A DNA stretch of 64,000 nucleotides from assembly GCA_963742385.1 (NCBI GenBank), contig CAVULS010000004.1, forward strand, positions 89,747-153,746, given 5' to 3'. The number at the start of each line of letters is the position of its first letter. Within the stretch, counting starts at the first letter, position 1. The notes below the pieces were generated by a model. The model saw only the letters and a program-made list of their open reading frames with translations, did no database searches and was not told the origin of the DNA. The translations under genes were made by a program, and so were the position numbers. Below, in pieces: positions 12,474-22,533 of the stretch. The stretch is from an uncultured Alphaproteobacteria bacterium (lineage in GTDB: Bacteria > Pseudomonadota > Alphaproteobacteria > Rhizobiales > Xanthobacteraceae).

Positions 12474-13898
12474 GGCCTCGTCCAGCGCCGTTGCGCGCGA
12501 GAACTGGCGCTCCAGCGCCTTGACGATCGGCCCCATTTTCGAGCCCAGCGAACCCTTCACCATGACCGCGTCGCCAGCGCGGATGGCGCCCAGCACGGAC
12601 GGCTCGAGTGCCGCCGCGCTTTCGGCATAGCCGCCCCGGGTGCCGGAGGGAAGGGCCTCCCACAGCGATCGCATCTGCGGGCCGGAGCAGAACACCAGGT
12701 CGGCCTTGGCGGCGGCAAGCGGCTCGGCAAGGCTGCGGTGCAGCACGGCCCCCTCGCCGCCGAGCTCCAGCATGTCGCCGAGCACGGCGATGCGCCTTCC
12801 GCGCGGGCCGATCGGGGCCTGGCCGAGCAGCGCAATGGCGGCACGCATGGAGGCGGGGTTGGCGTTGTAGCTCTCGTCGATCAAAAGCGCGCTGCCGCCG
12901 GGCACGGCAAGCGTGATGCGGGTGCCGCGGCCAGCCGCCGGCCTCAGCTTGGTGAGGGCAAGCGCGGCGAGCGCGAGATCCGCACCGGCGAGTGCCGCCG
13001 CGGCGAGCACGGCGAGCGAATTGAGCACCAAATGCAGGCCGGGGGCACCGAGCTTGTAGGCGACGTCGTGGCCGAGGATGCGCGCCTCGACCGTCGAGCA
13101 CTCGGCCTGCAGCGAGTGGCGCATGAGGCGGGCGTCGGCGTCCTTGCCCTCGCCGCAGGAGACAATGCGCGCGATGCCCGCAGCCTTGGCGGCGTCGGCG
13201 AGCCGATTGAATTGAGCGTTGTCGCGATTAAGCACGGCGGCGCCACCCGGCTCGACGCCCAAGAAAATCTCGGCCTTGGCGTCGGCGATCCGGTCGAGCG
13301 AGCCGAAATATTCCAGATGCACCGGCTCGATCGCGGTGATGATCGCAATATGCGGGCGCACCAGACGCGTGAGCGGGGTAATCTCGCCGGCATGGTTCAT
13401 GCCGATCTCGAACACGGCGTATTTGGCATTTACCGGCATGCGCGCGAGCGACAACGGCACGCCCCAGTGATTGTTGTAGGACGCCGCCGAAGCATGCGTC
13501 TCGCCGTCGGCGGACAGCGCGAGACGCAACGCGTCCTTGGTGCTGGTCTTGCCGACCGAGCCGGTGACGGCGATGATTTTGGCGTGCGAGCGGGCGCGGG
13601 CGGCGCGCGCGAGATCGCGCAGGCCTTCGAGCACGTCGTCGACAACGAGCAGGGCTGCATCGGCGGCAAAGCGCGCGGCTTGCGCGCGGGCGACGACGGC
13701 CAGACCGGCGCCGGCTTTCAGCGCGGCCTCGACAAAATCGTGGCCGTCGCGGTTCTCGCCTTGAATGGCGAAGAAGGCGTCGCCCTTTGCGAGCGAGCGG
13801 CTGTCGATGGAGATGCCACCGATGTCCGCAGGAAGCGCACCTAATCTGTCGGCACGCATCGCCGCCGCCATGTCATCGATGGTCCACAGCGCGCTCAT
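12471..13898 (-). CDS. murF: MurF ligase
   Basis: TGSVGKTSTK, YNNHWGVP, EIGMNHAGEI, DESYNANP, GDMLELG, VKGS. Confidence 0.97.
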   Translation of the reverse strand: MSALWTIDDMAAAMRADRLGALPADIGGISIDSRSLAKGDAFFAIQGENRDGHDFVEAALKAGAGLAVVARAQAARFAADAALLVVDDVLEGLRDLARAARARSHAKIIAVTGSVGKTSTKDALRLALSADGETHASAASYNNHWGVPLSLARMPVNAKYAVFEIGMNHAGEITPLTRLVRPHIAIITAIEPVHLEYFGSLDRIADAKAEIFLGVEPGGAAVLNRDNAQFNRLADAAKAAGIARIVSCGEGKDADARLMRHSLQAECSTVEARILGHDVAYKLGAPGLHLVLNSLAVLAAAALAGADLALAALALTKLRPAAGRGTRITLAVPGGSALLIDESYNANPASMRAAIALLGQAPIGPRGRRIAVLGDMLELGGEGAVLHRSLAEPLAAAKADLVFCSGPQMRSLWEALPSGTRGGYAESAAALEPSVLGAIRAGDAVMVKGSLGSKMGPIVKALERQFSRATALDEA

Positions 13899-15343
13899 GC
13901 GACCTTTCCCTGCAGGGCCGCGGCGACCGCCTCATGGTCGGAAAACGGCAACACGCGGTCGCCGACAATCTGGCCGGTCTCGTGGCCCTTGCCGGCGATC
14001 AATAGCACGTCGCCTTTCTTCAAGGACGCGATGCCGGCGCGGATCGCCTGGGCGCGGTCGCCGATTTCGGTCGCCGCCGGCGCGGCGGCGAGAATGGCGG
14101 CGCGGATGGCGGCAGCCTGTTCGCTGCGCGGATTATCATCGGTGACGATGACGCGGTCGGCGTTCTCGGCCGCGATCCGCCCCATGATCGGGCGCTTGCC
14201 GGCGTCGCGGTCGCCGCCGGCGCCGAACACCACCACCAGCTTGCCGCTGGCATAGGGACGCAGCGCCGACAGCGCTTTCGCCAGCGCATCCGGCTTGTGC
14301 GCGTAGTCGATGAAGATCGGCGCACCATTGGCGCTGCCGACCAGCTCCAGCCGGCCCTTGGCGCCGGTCAGTTTTTCCAGCGCAGCAAAGACGCGCGCGG
14401 GCGCGGCGCCGGTGGCGATGGCGAGGCCGGCGGCGACGGCTGCGTTCTGCACCTGAAAGCCGCCGACCAGCGGCAGTTTCACTTTGTAGGTCGTGCCGGC
14501 GTGGCCGATGCTGACAACTTGCGCGAAGCCCTGGATTTCACCGCCCATGAGCTTGATGTCGTCGCCCTGCACGCCGACGGTCATCACCTTGAGCCCGCGC
14601 CGCGTCGCCGCCTCGACCACCTGCCCGGCGTAGCAATCGTCGACGTCGATCACCGCGCTGCCGCCGGCCGCCACCAGCTCGCTGAACAGGCGCAGCTTCG
14701 CCTGCAAGTAGGCTTCCATGGTCGGATGATAGTCGAGATGGTCGCGGGAGAGATTGGTGAAGGCCCCCGCCGAAATGCGCACGCCATCGAGGCGGTGCTG
14801 GTCGAGCCCGTGCGAGGATGCTTCCAGAGCGAGATGGGTCACGCCCTCGCCGGCCAATTGATCGAGCGTGCGATGCAGCTCGACCGGATCGGGCGTGGTC
14901 AGCGAGCCGTATTTTTCGCCGCGCGGCGACACCACCCCGACGGTGCCGATGCTGGCGGCGGCAAACCCGAGCGTCGTCCAGATCTGCCGCGCGAAGGACG
15001 CGACCGAAGTCTTGCCGCTGGTGCCGGTGACGGCGCCGATGGTCGCCGGCTGTCGCGGAAAAAATTTCGCCGCGGCCAGCGCCAAGGCGCGGCGCGCATT
15101 TTTCACGGCAACGAAAGCGACGCCTTCGGGCAACCCGTCGGGCTGCTGTTCGGCGGCGACCGCCACGGCGCCGGCCGCCGCCGCGGCGCGGGCAAAATAG
15201 GCGCCGTCGGCCTTGGCGCCGGCGATGGCGACGAAGAGAAAGCCCGGCTTGATCTTGCGGCTGTCGGCGGACAATCCAGCCACGTCGATGCCGCCCGTGC
15301 GCGCATCGATCATCGCTTCCGGCAATAGATCGCCGAGCCTCAC
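13895..15343 (-). CDS. murE: MurE ligase (meso-DAP type)
   Basis: TGTSGKT, LTTPD, EASSHG, DYAHKPDA, DDNPR, AGKGHE; GTG start overlaps ftsI stop. Confidence 0.97.
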   Translation of the reverse strand: MRLGDLLPEAMIDARTGGIDVAGLSADSRKIKPGFLFVAIAGAKADGAYFARAAAAAGAVAVAAEQQPDGLPEGVAFVAVKNARRALALAAAKFFPRQPATIGAVTGTSGKTSVASFARQIWTTLGFAAASIGTVGVVSPRGEKYGSLTTPDPVELHRTLDQLAGEGVTHLALEASSHGLDQHRLDGVRISAGAFTNLSRDHLDYHPTMEAYLQAKLRLFSELVAAGGSAVIDVDDCYAGQVVEAATRRGLKVMTVGVQGDDIKLMGGEIQGFAQVVSIGHAGTTYKVKLPLVGGFQVQNAAVAAGLAIATGAAPARVFAALEKLTGAKGRLELVGSANGAPIFIDYAHKPDALAKALSALRPYASGKLVVVFGAGGDRDAGKRPIMGRIAAENADRVIVTDDNPRSEQAAAIRAAILAAAPAATEIGDRAQAIRAGIASLKKGDVLLIAGKGHETGQIVGDRVLPFSDHEAVAAALQGKVA

Positions 15344-17077
15344 CGCGGTTCCTTCGCGCTCACCAGCAGCAATTGATCGGCCTTGGGCAGGTCGAAGCGC
15401 GGCGGAATGTCGAGCAGCGGCGCGATGCGCGAGATCACCGCGGCGCCGGTCGGCACCGCGTTCCACCCCGAGGTGCGGAAGCCGTGGGTTTCGGCCGAGC
15501 CTTCAGGTTCGTCGAGCATGATCAGCAATAGATAGCGCGGTTTGTCGGCGGGCAGAATGGCGGTGAAACTGGTCAAAACCTTGGTCTTGGAATAGCGGCC
15601 GCCGACCACCTTGTCGGCCGTGCCGGTCTTGCCGCCGATATAATAGCCGGGGACGTCCGCCTTGCGCGCGGTGCCTTTTTCCACGTTCAACCGCATCAGA
15701 TAGCGGATTTCCTCGCTGGTTGCCGGCTTGACCACCTGTTTGGCGACCTTGTCGGCCTCCTCACGGCTGCGCTTGAGGAAGGTCGGATGGATGAGCCGGC
15801 CGCCATTGACCAGCGCGGCAATGCCCATCACCGCCTGCAGCGGCGCCACCGACAGGCCCTGGCCAAAGGCGATGGTCATGGTGTTGAGCTCGCTCCAGTT
15901 CTTCGGCACCAGCGGCTCGGCGCTTTCCGGCAGTTCGGTGCGCAGGCGGTCGAGTTCGCCCATCTTCTTCAGAAACGCCTTGTGATAGGGTGACGCCCAT
16001 GGCCATGGCGATGCGCGCGAAGCAGATGTTCGACGAATAGGTGTAGCACTCAGGCACCGTGAGGAAGCGGCCCTGCGGCTCGAAATCGTGGATGGTGAAT
16101 TTGCCGTAGCGCAGCGAGGCGCGGGCGTCGAATTTCGAATTGAGCGTGACCTTGCCGCTGTCGAGCGCCATGGCGAGCGTCAGCGACTTGAAGGTCGAGC
16201 CCATCTCGTAGACGCCGGTGGTGAGCCGGTTGATGCGGGTCGGGTCGTTCGCCTCTTTCGGATTGTTCGGATCGAAATCCGGCTCCGAGACCATGGCGAC
16301 GATCTCGCCGGTGTTGACGTCGACGACGATGCCGGACGAGGCCTTGGCCTTGAATTTCTCGCGCGCCTTGATCAGTTCGTCGCGCAACGCGTATTGCACG
16401 CGCAGATCGAGCGCGAGCTGCACCGGGCGCTGCAGCCGGTCGGTGGCAAGCCCCGCCATGTGCAGCGCCGCGAGCCCCTGCCCGTCCAGCCACTTCTCGA
16501 TGCCGGCGATGCCCTGGTTGTCGATGTTGACCAGACCGATGACGTGCGACACCACCGGGCCATTGGGATAGACGCGCTTGTTCTCTTTCAAGAAGCCGAC
16601 GCCGGGGATGCCGAGCCGGTGAATCTCGCGCTGCTGTTTCGGCGAAATCTCGCGCTTGAGCCAGACGAAGCCGCGCTTGGAGGACAGCCGGTCGCGCAAT
16701 TCGGTCGCGTCGAGATCGGGCAGCACGGCGGTGAGCAATTCCTCCGCCTCGTCCACGTCGATGAGCTTGCGCGGCTCGGCGAATAGCGAGGGCGTCTTCA
16801 CGTCGGTGGCGAGCACACGGCCGTTGCGGTCGAAGATATCGGGCCTCGCGGTCGCCACCGCGTCCTGGCCGACGCTGCGGCGGGCGCCGTGGCCGTCGCT
16901 CACCGCGGCGAACATGACGAGGCGCAGCGCGATCACGCAATAGATGCCGGCGAAGGCAAGAATGGCGAGCCCGAGCCGCGCCTTGGCCTTGACGTTGCGG
17001 TCGACGTTGCGGCCGTAGAGCAGCCTGCGCATCAGGCGCTGCCAGCGGTTCTCCCTGGATGCGGCGGCGGGCGGCAT
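15340..17077 (-). CDS. ftsI: PBP3 transpeptidase FtsI (frameshift near 15985)
   Basis: [12 protein letters not shown] (SxxK), SSN, GKTGTA; split over two frames. Confidence 0.95.
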
Positions 17078-17079
17078 AT

Positions 17080-17448
17080 CTATCGCGCCTCCGGCACCGG
17101 CACGCTGCCGGTCATGTCGGGCGCGGCGATCATGGCGCCGACGGGATCGGCGGAAGCCGGCGGCAACACCGGCACCGGGCGCTCGGGCAGATGATCGAGG
17201 CTGTCGAATTGCGTCGGGCGGATCGGCTGCAGCTTGAGGTGCCGGTCGGCGAGGCCCTGGATGCGCCCGGGCGTGTCGAACCGCGCCCATTCGGCGCGCA
17301 AGGCGGCGATGGCATCGCGCTCGTGGCGCAATTCGCTCGCCAGTTTGGCGACACGCTCGGCCTGCAGCGTGGAGTCAAATTTGATCTTGTAGACGACGGA
17401 GGCGGCGAGGATCAGCACGCAGATGATGACGATGTTGAGAAGGCGCAT
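17080..17448 (-). CDS. ftsL: Cell division protein FtsL
   Basis: N-terminal TM, coiled coil, LRAEWA..PGRIQ; between rsmH and ftsI. Confidence 0.9.
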   Translation of the reverse strand: MRLLNIVIICVLILAASVVYKIKFDSTLQAERVAKLASELRHERDAIAALRAEWARFDTPGRIQGLADRHLKLQPIRPTQFDSLDHLPERPVPVLPPASADPVGAMIAAPDMTGSVPVPEAR

Positions 17449-17450
17449 GG

Positions 17451-18482
17451 TCAGCGGCCTTTCAGCACATCGGCGAGCAACGGCAGGCGCGGCAGCACGG
17501 CGGCCTCATCATCGCGCGCGGCGGCGGCGCTGCGCTCGGCGGCGCGCAGCTTGGCGGAACGGGCGCGCGGATTACGCGCGACTTCCTCGGCATCGGCGGT
17601 GACCGGCCGCTTGGTGAGCAGGCGGAAGGTCGGCTCGGGCGGCTTGCGCTCCGGCGCGTGGCGGGAGCCGCCGCGGGTGTCGCTACGGCCGACGAGAAAG
17701 GTCTTGACGATGCGGTCCTCGAGCGAATGAAACGATACGACGACCAGCCGGCCGTTCGGCTTCAAGATGCGTTCCGCCGCCGACAGAGCCGCGGCGAGCT
17801 CGCCGAGTTCGTCGTTGACGAAGATGCGCAGCGCCTGGAACGTGCGCGTCGCCGGATGGATATCGTTCGGACGCATGCGCACCGCCGAGGCCACGATGTC
17901 GGCGAGCGCGGCAGTTGTCGTGATCGGCGCCTTGGCTCGTTCGCGGACAATGGCGCGCGCCACGGCGCGTGAGTGCCGCTCCTCGCCAAGAATGAAAATG
18001 ATGTTGGCAAGGTCGCGTTCGCTGCCGCGGGCGACGACATCGGCGGCGCTCGGTCCCTCGCTACTCATGCGCATGTCGAGCGGCCCGTCGAGGCGGAAGG
18101 AAAATCCGCGCGCGGCGGTGTCGAGCTGCATCGAGGAAACGCCGAGGTCGAGCACGACGCCGTCGACCACCTCGACGCCGCGTCGCGCGCGACCGTCGTC
18201 GAGATTGGCGAAGCGGTCCTCAACCAGCGTCAGCCGGCCCTCCGCCGCCTGCATCAGTTCCTGCCCGAGCGCGAGCGCGGCCGCATCGCGGTCGATGGCG
18301 ATGACCTGGCAGTTCGCGGCGGCCAGAATGGCGCGGGTGTAGCCGCCGGCGCCGAAGGTGGCGTCGACATAGACGCCGCCGTCACGGACATTGAGGAAGT
18401 CGAGAGCGGGGCGGCCGAGCACGGGAATGTGGCGGGCTGGTCCGCCAGCGACAGCCGCAAAGCCGTCGCCGCCCACCGTCAT
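17451..18482 (-). CDS. rsmH: 16S rRNA m4C1402 methyltransferase
   Basis: [53 protein letters not shown]. Confidence 0.97.
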   Translation of the reverse strand: MTVGGDGFAAVAGGPARHIPVLGRPALDFLNVRDGGVYVDATFGAGGYTRAILAAANCQVIAIDRDAAALALGQELMQAAEGRLTLVEDRFANLDDGRARRGVEVVDGVVLDLGVSSMQLDTAARGFSFRLDGPLDMRMSSEGPSAADVVARGSERDLANIIFILGEERHSRAVARAIVRERAKAPITTTAALADIVASAVRMRPNDIHPATRTFQALRIFVNDELGELAAALSAAERILKPNGRLVVVSFHSLEDRIVKTFLVGRSDTRGGSRHAPERKPPEPTFRLLTKRPVTADAEEVARNPRARSAKLRAAERSAAAARDDEAAVLPRLPLLADVLKGR

Positions 18483-18958
18483 TCCCGTGCTCCGAGCGCG
18501 TTGCGCGCCGCCGTCTGGGACCCAAGCTCGCTCTTGAGCGCGCGCACCTTTTGGGTGGCCTCCGCGAGCTCGCTGCGAAAGCGGCCCGGTTCCCAGATCT
18601 GAAACTTGTGACCCAAACCGACAAACGCGACGGTATCCGTGATCCCCGCGTGCATCTTCAACGGCTCGCTCAACACCACCCGCCCCTCGCCGTCGATCTT
18701 GAGCGTCTCGCTGGTGCCGTAGAGCGACAACGCGAACTGTTCGCGCGCCGCCGAAAACGGCGGGTAACGCGAAATCAGCGCCTCGATCTCCGCCATCAGC
18801 GCATTCCCGCCGGCATCGATCGCGGGCCGATCGAGCGCCGGATAGCAATAGAGTCCGTCGAAGCCGTCGCGGACGAGAACCGAGCGATAGGAGGCTGGAA
18901 TCGAGACGCGCCCCTTGGAGTCGAGCCGCAGAATGAAGTTCGACACGAAGCGGGACAT
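18479..18958 (-). CDS. mraZ: Transcriptional regulator MraZ
   Basis: Two DxxGR motifs ([19 protein letters not shown]), FQIWEP; first gene of dcw. Confidence 0.95.
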   Translation of the reverse strand: MSRFVSNFILRLDSKGRVSIPASYRSVLVRDGFDGLYCYPALDRPAIDAGGNALMAEIEALISRYPPFSAAREQFALSLYGTSETLKIDGEGRVVLSEPLKMHAGITDTVAFVGLGHKFQIWEPGRFRSELAEATQKVRALKSELGSQTAARNALGARE

Positions 18959-19000
18959 GCCCCGCACCCCACACCAACCGGACGCAACGTCTTGCTGAGA

Positions 19001-19040
19001 AATTGTGGGATATCATGGGACTATATGGGCGTCAATGGAA
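19001..19040. promoter_or_regulatory. MraZ operator array overlapping the probable dcw promoter
   Basis: TGGGA/TGGGA/TGGGC/TGGAA at 19006, 19016, 19026, 19036 (10-bp period); minus strand has TTGACG-N17-TATCCC. Confidence 0.8.
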
Positions 19041-19097
19041 CGACCCCCGCCCAGCGGCCCCGCCCGGGCGCCGGCGCCGAAAACCGCCTCCGCCCTA

Positions 19098-19113
19098 TTA
19101 ACGGCCCTTAAAC
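19098..19113 (+). promoter_or_regulatory. Candidate CtrA site in the mraZ/amidase gap
   Basis: TTAA-CGGCCCT-TAAAC, followed by another TTAA. Confidence 0.5.
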
Positions 19114-19202
19114 TTAAAGATTTGTTGCTGCCGGTCTCCTAGAATGCTTTGCCGTACGGCGCGCGCCGCCCACGCCCAAGGACCCAACAAGGTTCCGGCT
19201 CA

Positions 19203-19973
19203 ATGTCCGCCTTTACGCCGGATTCCTTCATCGTCGCCGATGTCGTTGCCTCGCCGAACCACGACGAGCGCAGGGACGGCGCACCGAATATGATCCTCTT
19301 GCACTACACCGGCATGCAGAGCGGCCAGGCGGCGCTCGATCGGCTGACCACCGCCGCCAGCAAGGTTTCGGCGCATTACGTGGTCTTCGAGGACGGGCGC
19401 ATCGTGCAATGCGTGCCCGAAGAGCTACGCGCCTGGCACGCCGGCGCCGCCTCCTGGGCCGGCGACACCGACATCAATTCCCGCTCCATCGGCATCGAGG
19501 TCGTCAATCCGGGCCACGAATTCGGCTATCCCGACTACCCGCTGCGCCAGATCGCCGCGGTCATCGCGCTGTGCAAGACGATCCTGACGCGCCGCGGGCC
19601 GATCAGCGCCGATAAAATCCTCGGCCATTCCGACGTCGCCCCGGGGCGCAAGCAGGATCCGGGCGAGAAATTCCCCTGGGAGTTGATGAATGAATCCGGC
19701 GTCGGCCACTGGGTGCGGCCGGCGCCACTCAATCTCGTCGGCACCACGCTCCAGCCCGGCGACCGCGGCGAGACGGTGACGCGGATGCAACGCACGTTCA
19801 GGGCCTACGGCTATGGCATCCAGGACAACGGTATCTATGACGACCTGACCCGTGACGTGGTCACCGCCTTCCAGCGCCATTTCCGCCAGGCGCGGGTGGA
19901 CGGTATCGCCGATCCATCGACGCAGCTGACCCTGCGCGCTTTGCTCGAGACGCGCCCGCCGCCGCTGGGCTAG
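19203..19973 (+). CDS. N-acetylmuramoyl-L-alanine amidase (AmpD/AmiD family) with peptidoglycan-binding domain
   Basis: LHYT, VSAHY, RAWHAG, NSRSIGIE, GHSDVAPGRKQDPG, AFQRHF. Confidence 0.92.
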   Translation: MSAFTPDSFIVADVVASPNHDERRDGAPNMILLHYTGMQSGQAALDRLTTAASKVSAHYVVFEDGRIVQCVPEELRAWHAGAASWAGDTDINSRSIGIEVVNPGHEFGYPDYPLRQIAAVIALCKTILTRRGPISADKILGHSDVAPGRKQDPGEKFPWELMNESGVGHWVRPAPLNLVGTTLQPGDRGETVTRMQRTFRAYGYGIQDNGIYDDLTRDVVTAFQRHFRQARVDGIADPSTQLTLRALLETRPPPLG

Positions 19974-20347
19974 GCGGGTTTGCCGCAATAGGCCTCAAGC
20001 CGGTAGCCATCGGGATCGACGGCGAAGGCGGCATAATAGCTTCCGCCATAGTCCTTGCGCAGACCGGGCTTGCCGTTGTCGCGGCCGCCCGCGCCAAGCG
20101 CCGCGGCGTGGAAGGCGTCGACACTTTTGCGCGTCGGCGCGGCAAAGCAGACATGCAATCCCGAACGCTCCTCGGCAGGGACCGGCTTCGCCACCGCGCT
20201 GATCCATAGCGCGACGCCGTCGCGCCCATAGCCGAGCGAGCCCGCACTTTCGCTCAGGCAGGTATAGCCGAGCGGCTGGAGCGCCGCGTCGTAGAATTTC
20301 CGCGTCCGCTCAAGGTCGCGCACGCCGATCGAGATGTGGTCGAACAT
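19970..20347 (-). CDS. VOC/glyoxalase family protein
   Basis: MFDHISIGV, HVCFAA, GGRDNGKPGLR, YYAAFAVDPDG. Confidence 0.9.
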   Translation of the reverse strand: MFDHISIGVRDLERTRKFYDAALQPLGYTCLSESAGSLGYGRDGVALWISAVAKPVPAEERSGLHVCFAAPTRKSVDAFHAAALGAGGRDNGKPGLRKDYGGSYYAAFAVDPDGYRLEAYCGKPA

Positions 20348-20372
20348 CGAGGCTTCTCCCATTGGCAAAATG

Positions 20373-20870
20373 TCAGGCGGCGCGGCGTGCCAGCATTTCA
20401 AGCTGCATCTGCCATGAGGCGCCGTTGTCGAACGAGCGCTCGCCGAGCCAGCGGAACGAACCCGGCGTCATGTCGAGAAAGCTCCAGCGCACGAGCGTGC
20501 CGGTTTCGAGCTTGCCGTCCTGCACGATGTCATGCCCGCGCGCGCGGCCGATCTGCCGCGTGTAATATTGCTTCAGCGGATCGCTCCACAGGATGTGCCA
20601 GGCGTCGGACGCGGGGTCGTAGACGCGCAACGTAGTGCCGTAGAAAAAGCCGGGCAGGATCCAGACATCCTGGATCGCGCGGCCGTCGAGCACCCAGATG
20701 GCGTGGATTTCGCCGCGGCCTTTGTGCGTGCTGCCGTCATCCTTGTTGACGGCGGCGTCAAAGGTCCAGTCGCCGATCAGGAAAGTATAAAGGCCCATTT
20801 TGCCGACGCGGTCGGCGGCAGGGCCGTCGCTGCGCAATGCGGTGAAGAAGCTGGTCGCAACCATGGTCAA
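20373..20870 (-). CDS. Conserved hypothetical protein (DUF1579-like)
   Basis: LIGDW, WVLDGRAIQDVW, GTTLRVYDP, FRWLGERSFDNGASW. Confidence 0.7.
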   Translation of the reverse strand: MTMVATSFFTALRSDGPAADRVGKMGLYTFLIGDWTFDAAVNKDDGSTHKGRGEIHAIWVLDGRAIQDVWILPGFFYGTTLRVYDPASDAWHILWSDPLKQYYTRQIGRARGHDIVQDGKLETGTLVRWSFLDMTPGSFRWLGERSFDNGASWQMQLEMLARRAA

Positions 20871-20997
20871 ATCCTCTCGCCTTTGTGGATAACGCCGCGG
20901 TCACCGAAAAGACTTGGGAAAAATTGCTGAAGTTGATGGCGGGCGCAAAGTTCCCTGACGCTGGATTCCGCCCTCTGCAGCGCTTATTTTCATACCC

Positions 20998-21798
20998 ATG
21001 GCAACGACCAGGCGGATTCTTGCTTCCGGTCCGGGCTGGCAGGTGAACGACGTCATCTGCACCAGCGGGCCAAAAGACCGTTCGTTCGAGGAACGGCACG
21101 CAGCAATATCCATCGCCGCGGTGACCGAGGGCACGTTCCAGTACCGCACGCGGCAGGGGTCGGCGTTGTTGGTGCCGGGAGCGCTTTTGCTCGGCAATTC
21201 CGGCGCCTGTTTCGAATGCGGGCACGAACACGCGCCCGGCGATCGCTGCCTCGCCTTTCACATGACGCCGGCATTTCTCGAAAGCGCCGGCACGCCTGTC
21301 CGTACGTTTACCGTTCCGAGCCTGCCGCCGCTGCCGCAATTGCTTCCGCTCCTCGCCGCCGCGGAAGCCGCGCGCGACGATGGCGACAGCGAGGCGTTCG
21401 AGGAGCTTGCACTTCGCCTCGCCGGCGCAGTTGCGAGCCTGCTCACACCGGCGCGCCGCCAGAGACGGCGGCCGACATCCCGCGACGAGAAGCGGGTCAC
21501 CCTTGCGGCGCGACGAATCGAGGTGCAGGCGCATCACCCGTTGTCGCTCACCGCGCTCGCGCGGGAGGCGGCGATGAGCCGCTACCATTTCCTGCGCACC
21601 TTCCGGCAACTCACCGGCATGACGCCGCATCAATTCGTGCTGCGCACGCGGCTCAGCCGCGCGGCCGTGCGGCTGCGGCGCAGCAGCGACGCCATCTCGG
21701 CGATCGCCTTTGATGCCGGCTTCAACGATTTGTCCACCTTCAACCGCCGTTTCCGGCGGCTGATGGGCATCAATCCGCTGGCGTACCGCAACGGTTAA
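20998..21798 (+). CDS. AraC family transcriptional regulator
   Basis: C-terminal double HTH (MSRYHFLRTF, GFNDLSTFNRRF). Confidence 0.92.
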   Translation: MATTRRILASGPGWQVNDVICTSGPKDRSFEERHAAISIAAVTEGTFQYRTRQGSALLVPGALLLGNSGACFECGHEHAPGDRCLAFHMTPAFLESAGTPVRTFTVPSLPPLPQLLPLLAAAEAARDDGDSEAFEELALRLAGAVASLLTPARRQRRRPTSRDEKRVTLAARRIEVQAHHPLSLTALAREAAMSRYHFLRTFRQLTGMTPHQFVLRTRLSRAAVRLRRSSDAISAIAFDAGFNDLSTFNRRFRRLMGINPLAYRNG

Positions 21799-21818
21799 CC
21801 AGCGGCGCGGCCGAGCGC

Positions 21819-21847
21819 TTGACCTGTGCGGCATCCCCCGCCATGTG
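21819..21847 (+). promoter_or_regulatory. Probable sigma70 promoter of rnpB
   Basis: TTGACC-N17-CATGTG ending 8 nt before the RNA 5' end. Confidence 0.55.
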
Positions 21848-21854
21848 TAATCAC

Positions 21855-22278
21855 GTCAGTCGGCCGGACGGCCGCTCTGCGCCAATGCCGAAAGGCGGCG
21901 TGGGGAGGAAAGTCCGGGCTCCATGGACGAACGGTGCCGGATAACGTCCGGCGGGGTGGGTCCCCGCTTTCGCGGGGATAGACCTCAGGGACAGTGCCAC
22001 AGAGAACAGACCGCCACGGCGTGTAGCGTTTAGCCGCGGCAAGGGTGAAACGGTGCGGTAAGAGCGCACCGCGTTTCCAGCGATGGAAGCGGCACGGCAA
22101 ACCCCACCGGGAGCAAGACCGAATAGGAACGGCGCGGAGGCAACTCCGGATCAGTCCTGGTCAGCCGTTCGGGTAGGTTGCTTGATGCGCCGGGCAACCG
22201 GCGTACGAGAGGAATGGCCGTCACGTTTGCTGCGCGAGCAGCAGGCCATACAGAACCCGGCTTACAGGCCGGCTGATA
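21855..22278 (+). ncRNA. rnpB: RNase P RNA, type A
   Basis: GAGGAAAGTCCGGGC, AGTGCCACAGA, GGGTGAAACGGTGCGGTAAGAGCGCACC, GGCAAACCCC, ACAGAACCCGGCTTA; 5' and 3' ends pair (P1). Confidence 0.98.
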
Positions 22279-22285
22279 CGTCAAA

Positions 22286-22327
22286 CGGGGGCTCGGCGGC
22301 AAAACCGCCGGGCCCCCGCCAGTTTTT
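22286..22327 (+). terminator. Intrinsic terminator after rnpB
   Basis: CGGGGGCTCGGCGG-caaaa-CCGCCGGGCCCCCG hairpin followed shortly by TTTTT. Confidence 0.7.
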
Positions 22328-22339
22328 GCGGGATGCGAT

Positions 22340-22533
22340 CTAGCGCTTTTTAGCGTCGCCTTTTTTCGCCCCGGCTTCGGGGAAGATCCACATCGCCACG
22401 ACGAAGAAGACGGCGACGAAAACGACGAACTTGTCGAAGTCCGGCCGGATCGGCGAGCCGCTCCAACAGCACGAGCGCCGAGCGCGACGGCGATCACCAC
22501 CGCCGATACGATTGCCTTGACGTCAGTCGGCAT
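22340..22533 (-). CDS. Small two-TM membrane protein (frameshifted)
   Basis: MPTDVKAIVSAVVIAVALG... and ...FVVFVAVFFVVAMWIFPEAGAKKGDAKKR* in different frames. Confidence 0.5.

Noticed and set aside
11412-13844. Long antisense ORFs (810 aa here and many others) and the 879-aa ORF at 30023-32662
   Set aside because: Shadow ORFs expected in high-GC DNA opposite real genes; the 879-aa ORF is the oplA C-terminus running on after a frameshift
17451-19016. Long N-terminal extension of RsmH across mraZ
   Set aside because: Different frame from MraZ; the RsmH start at 18482 overlaps the mraZ stop as usual
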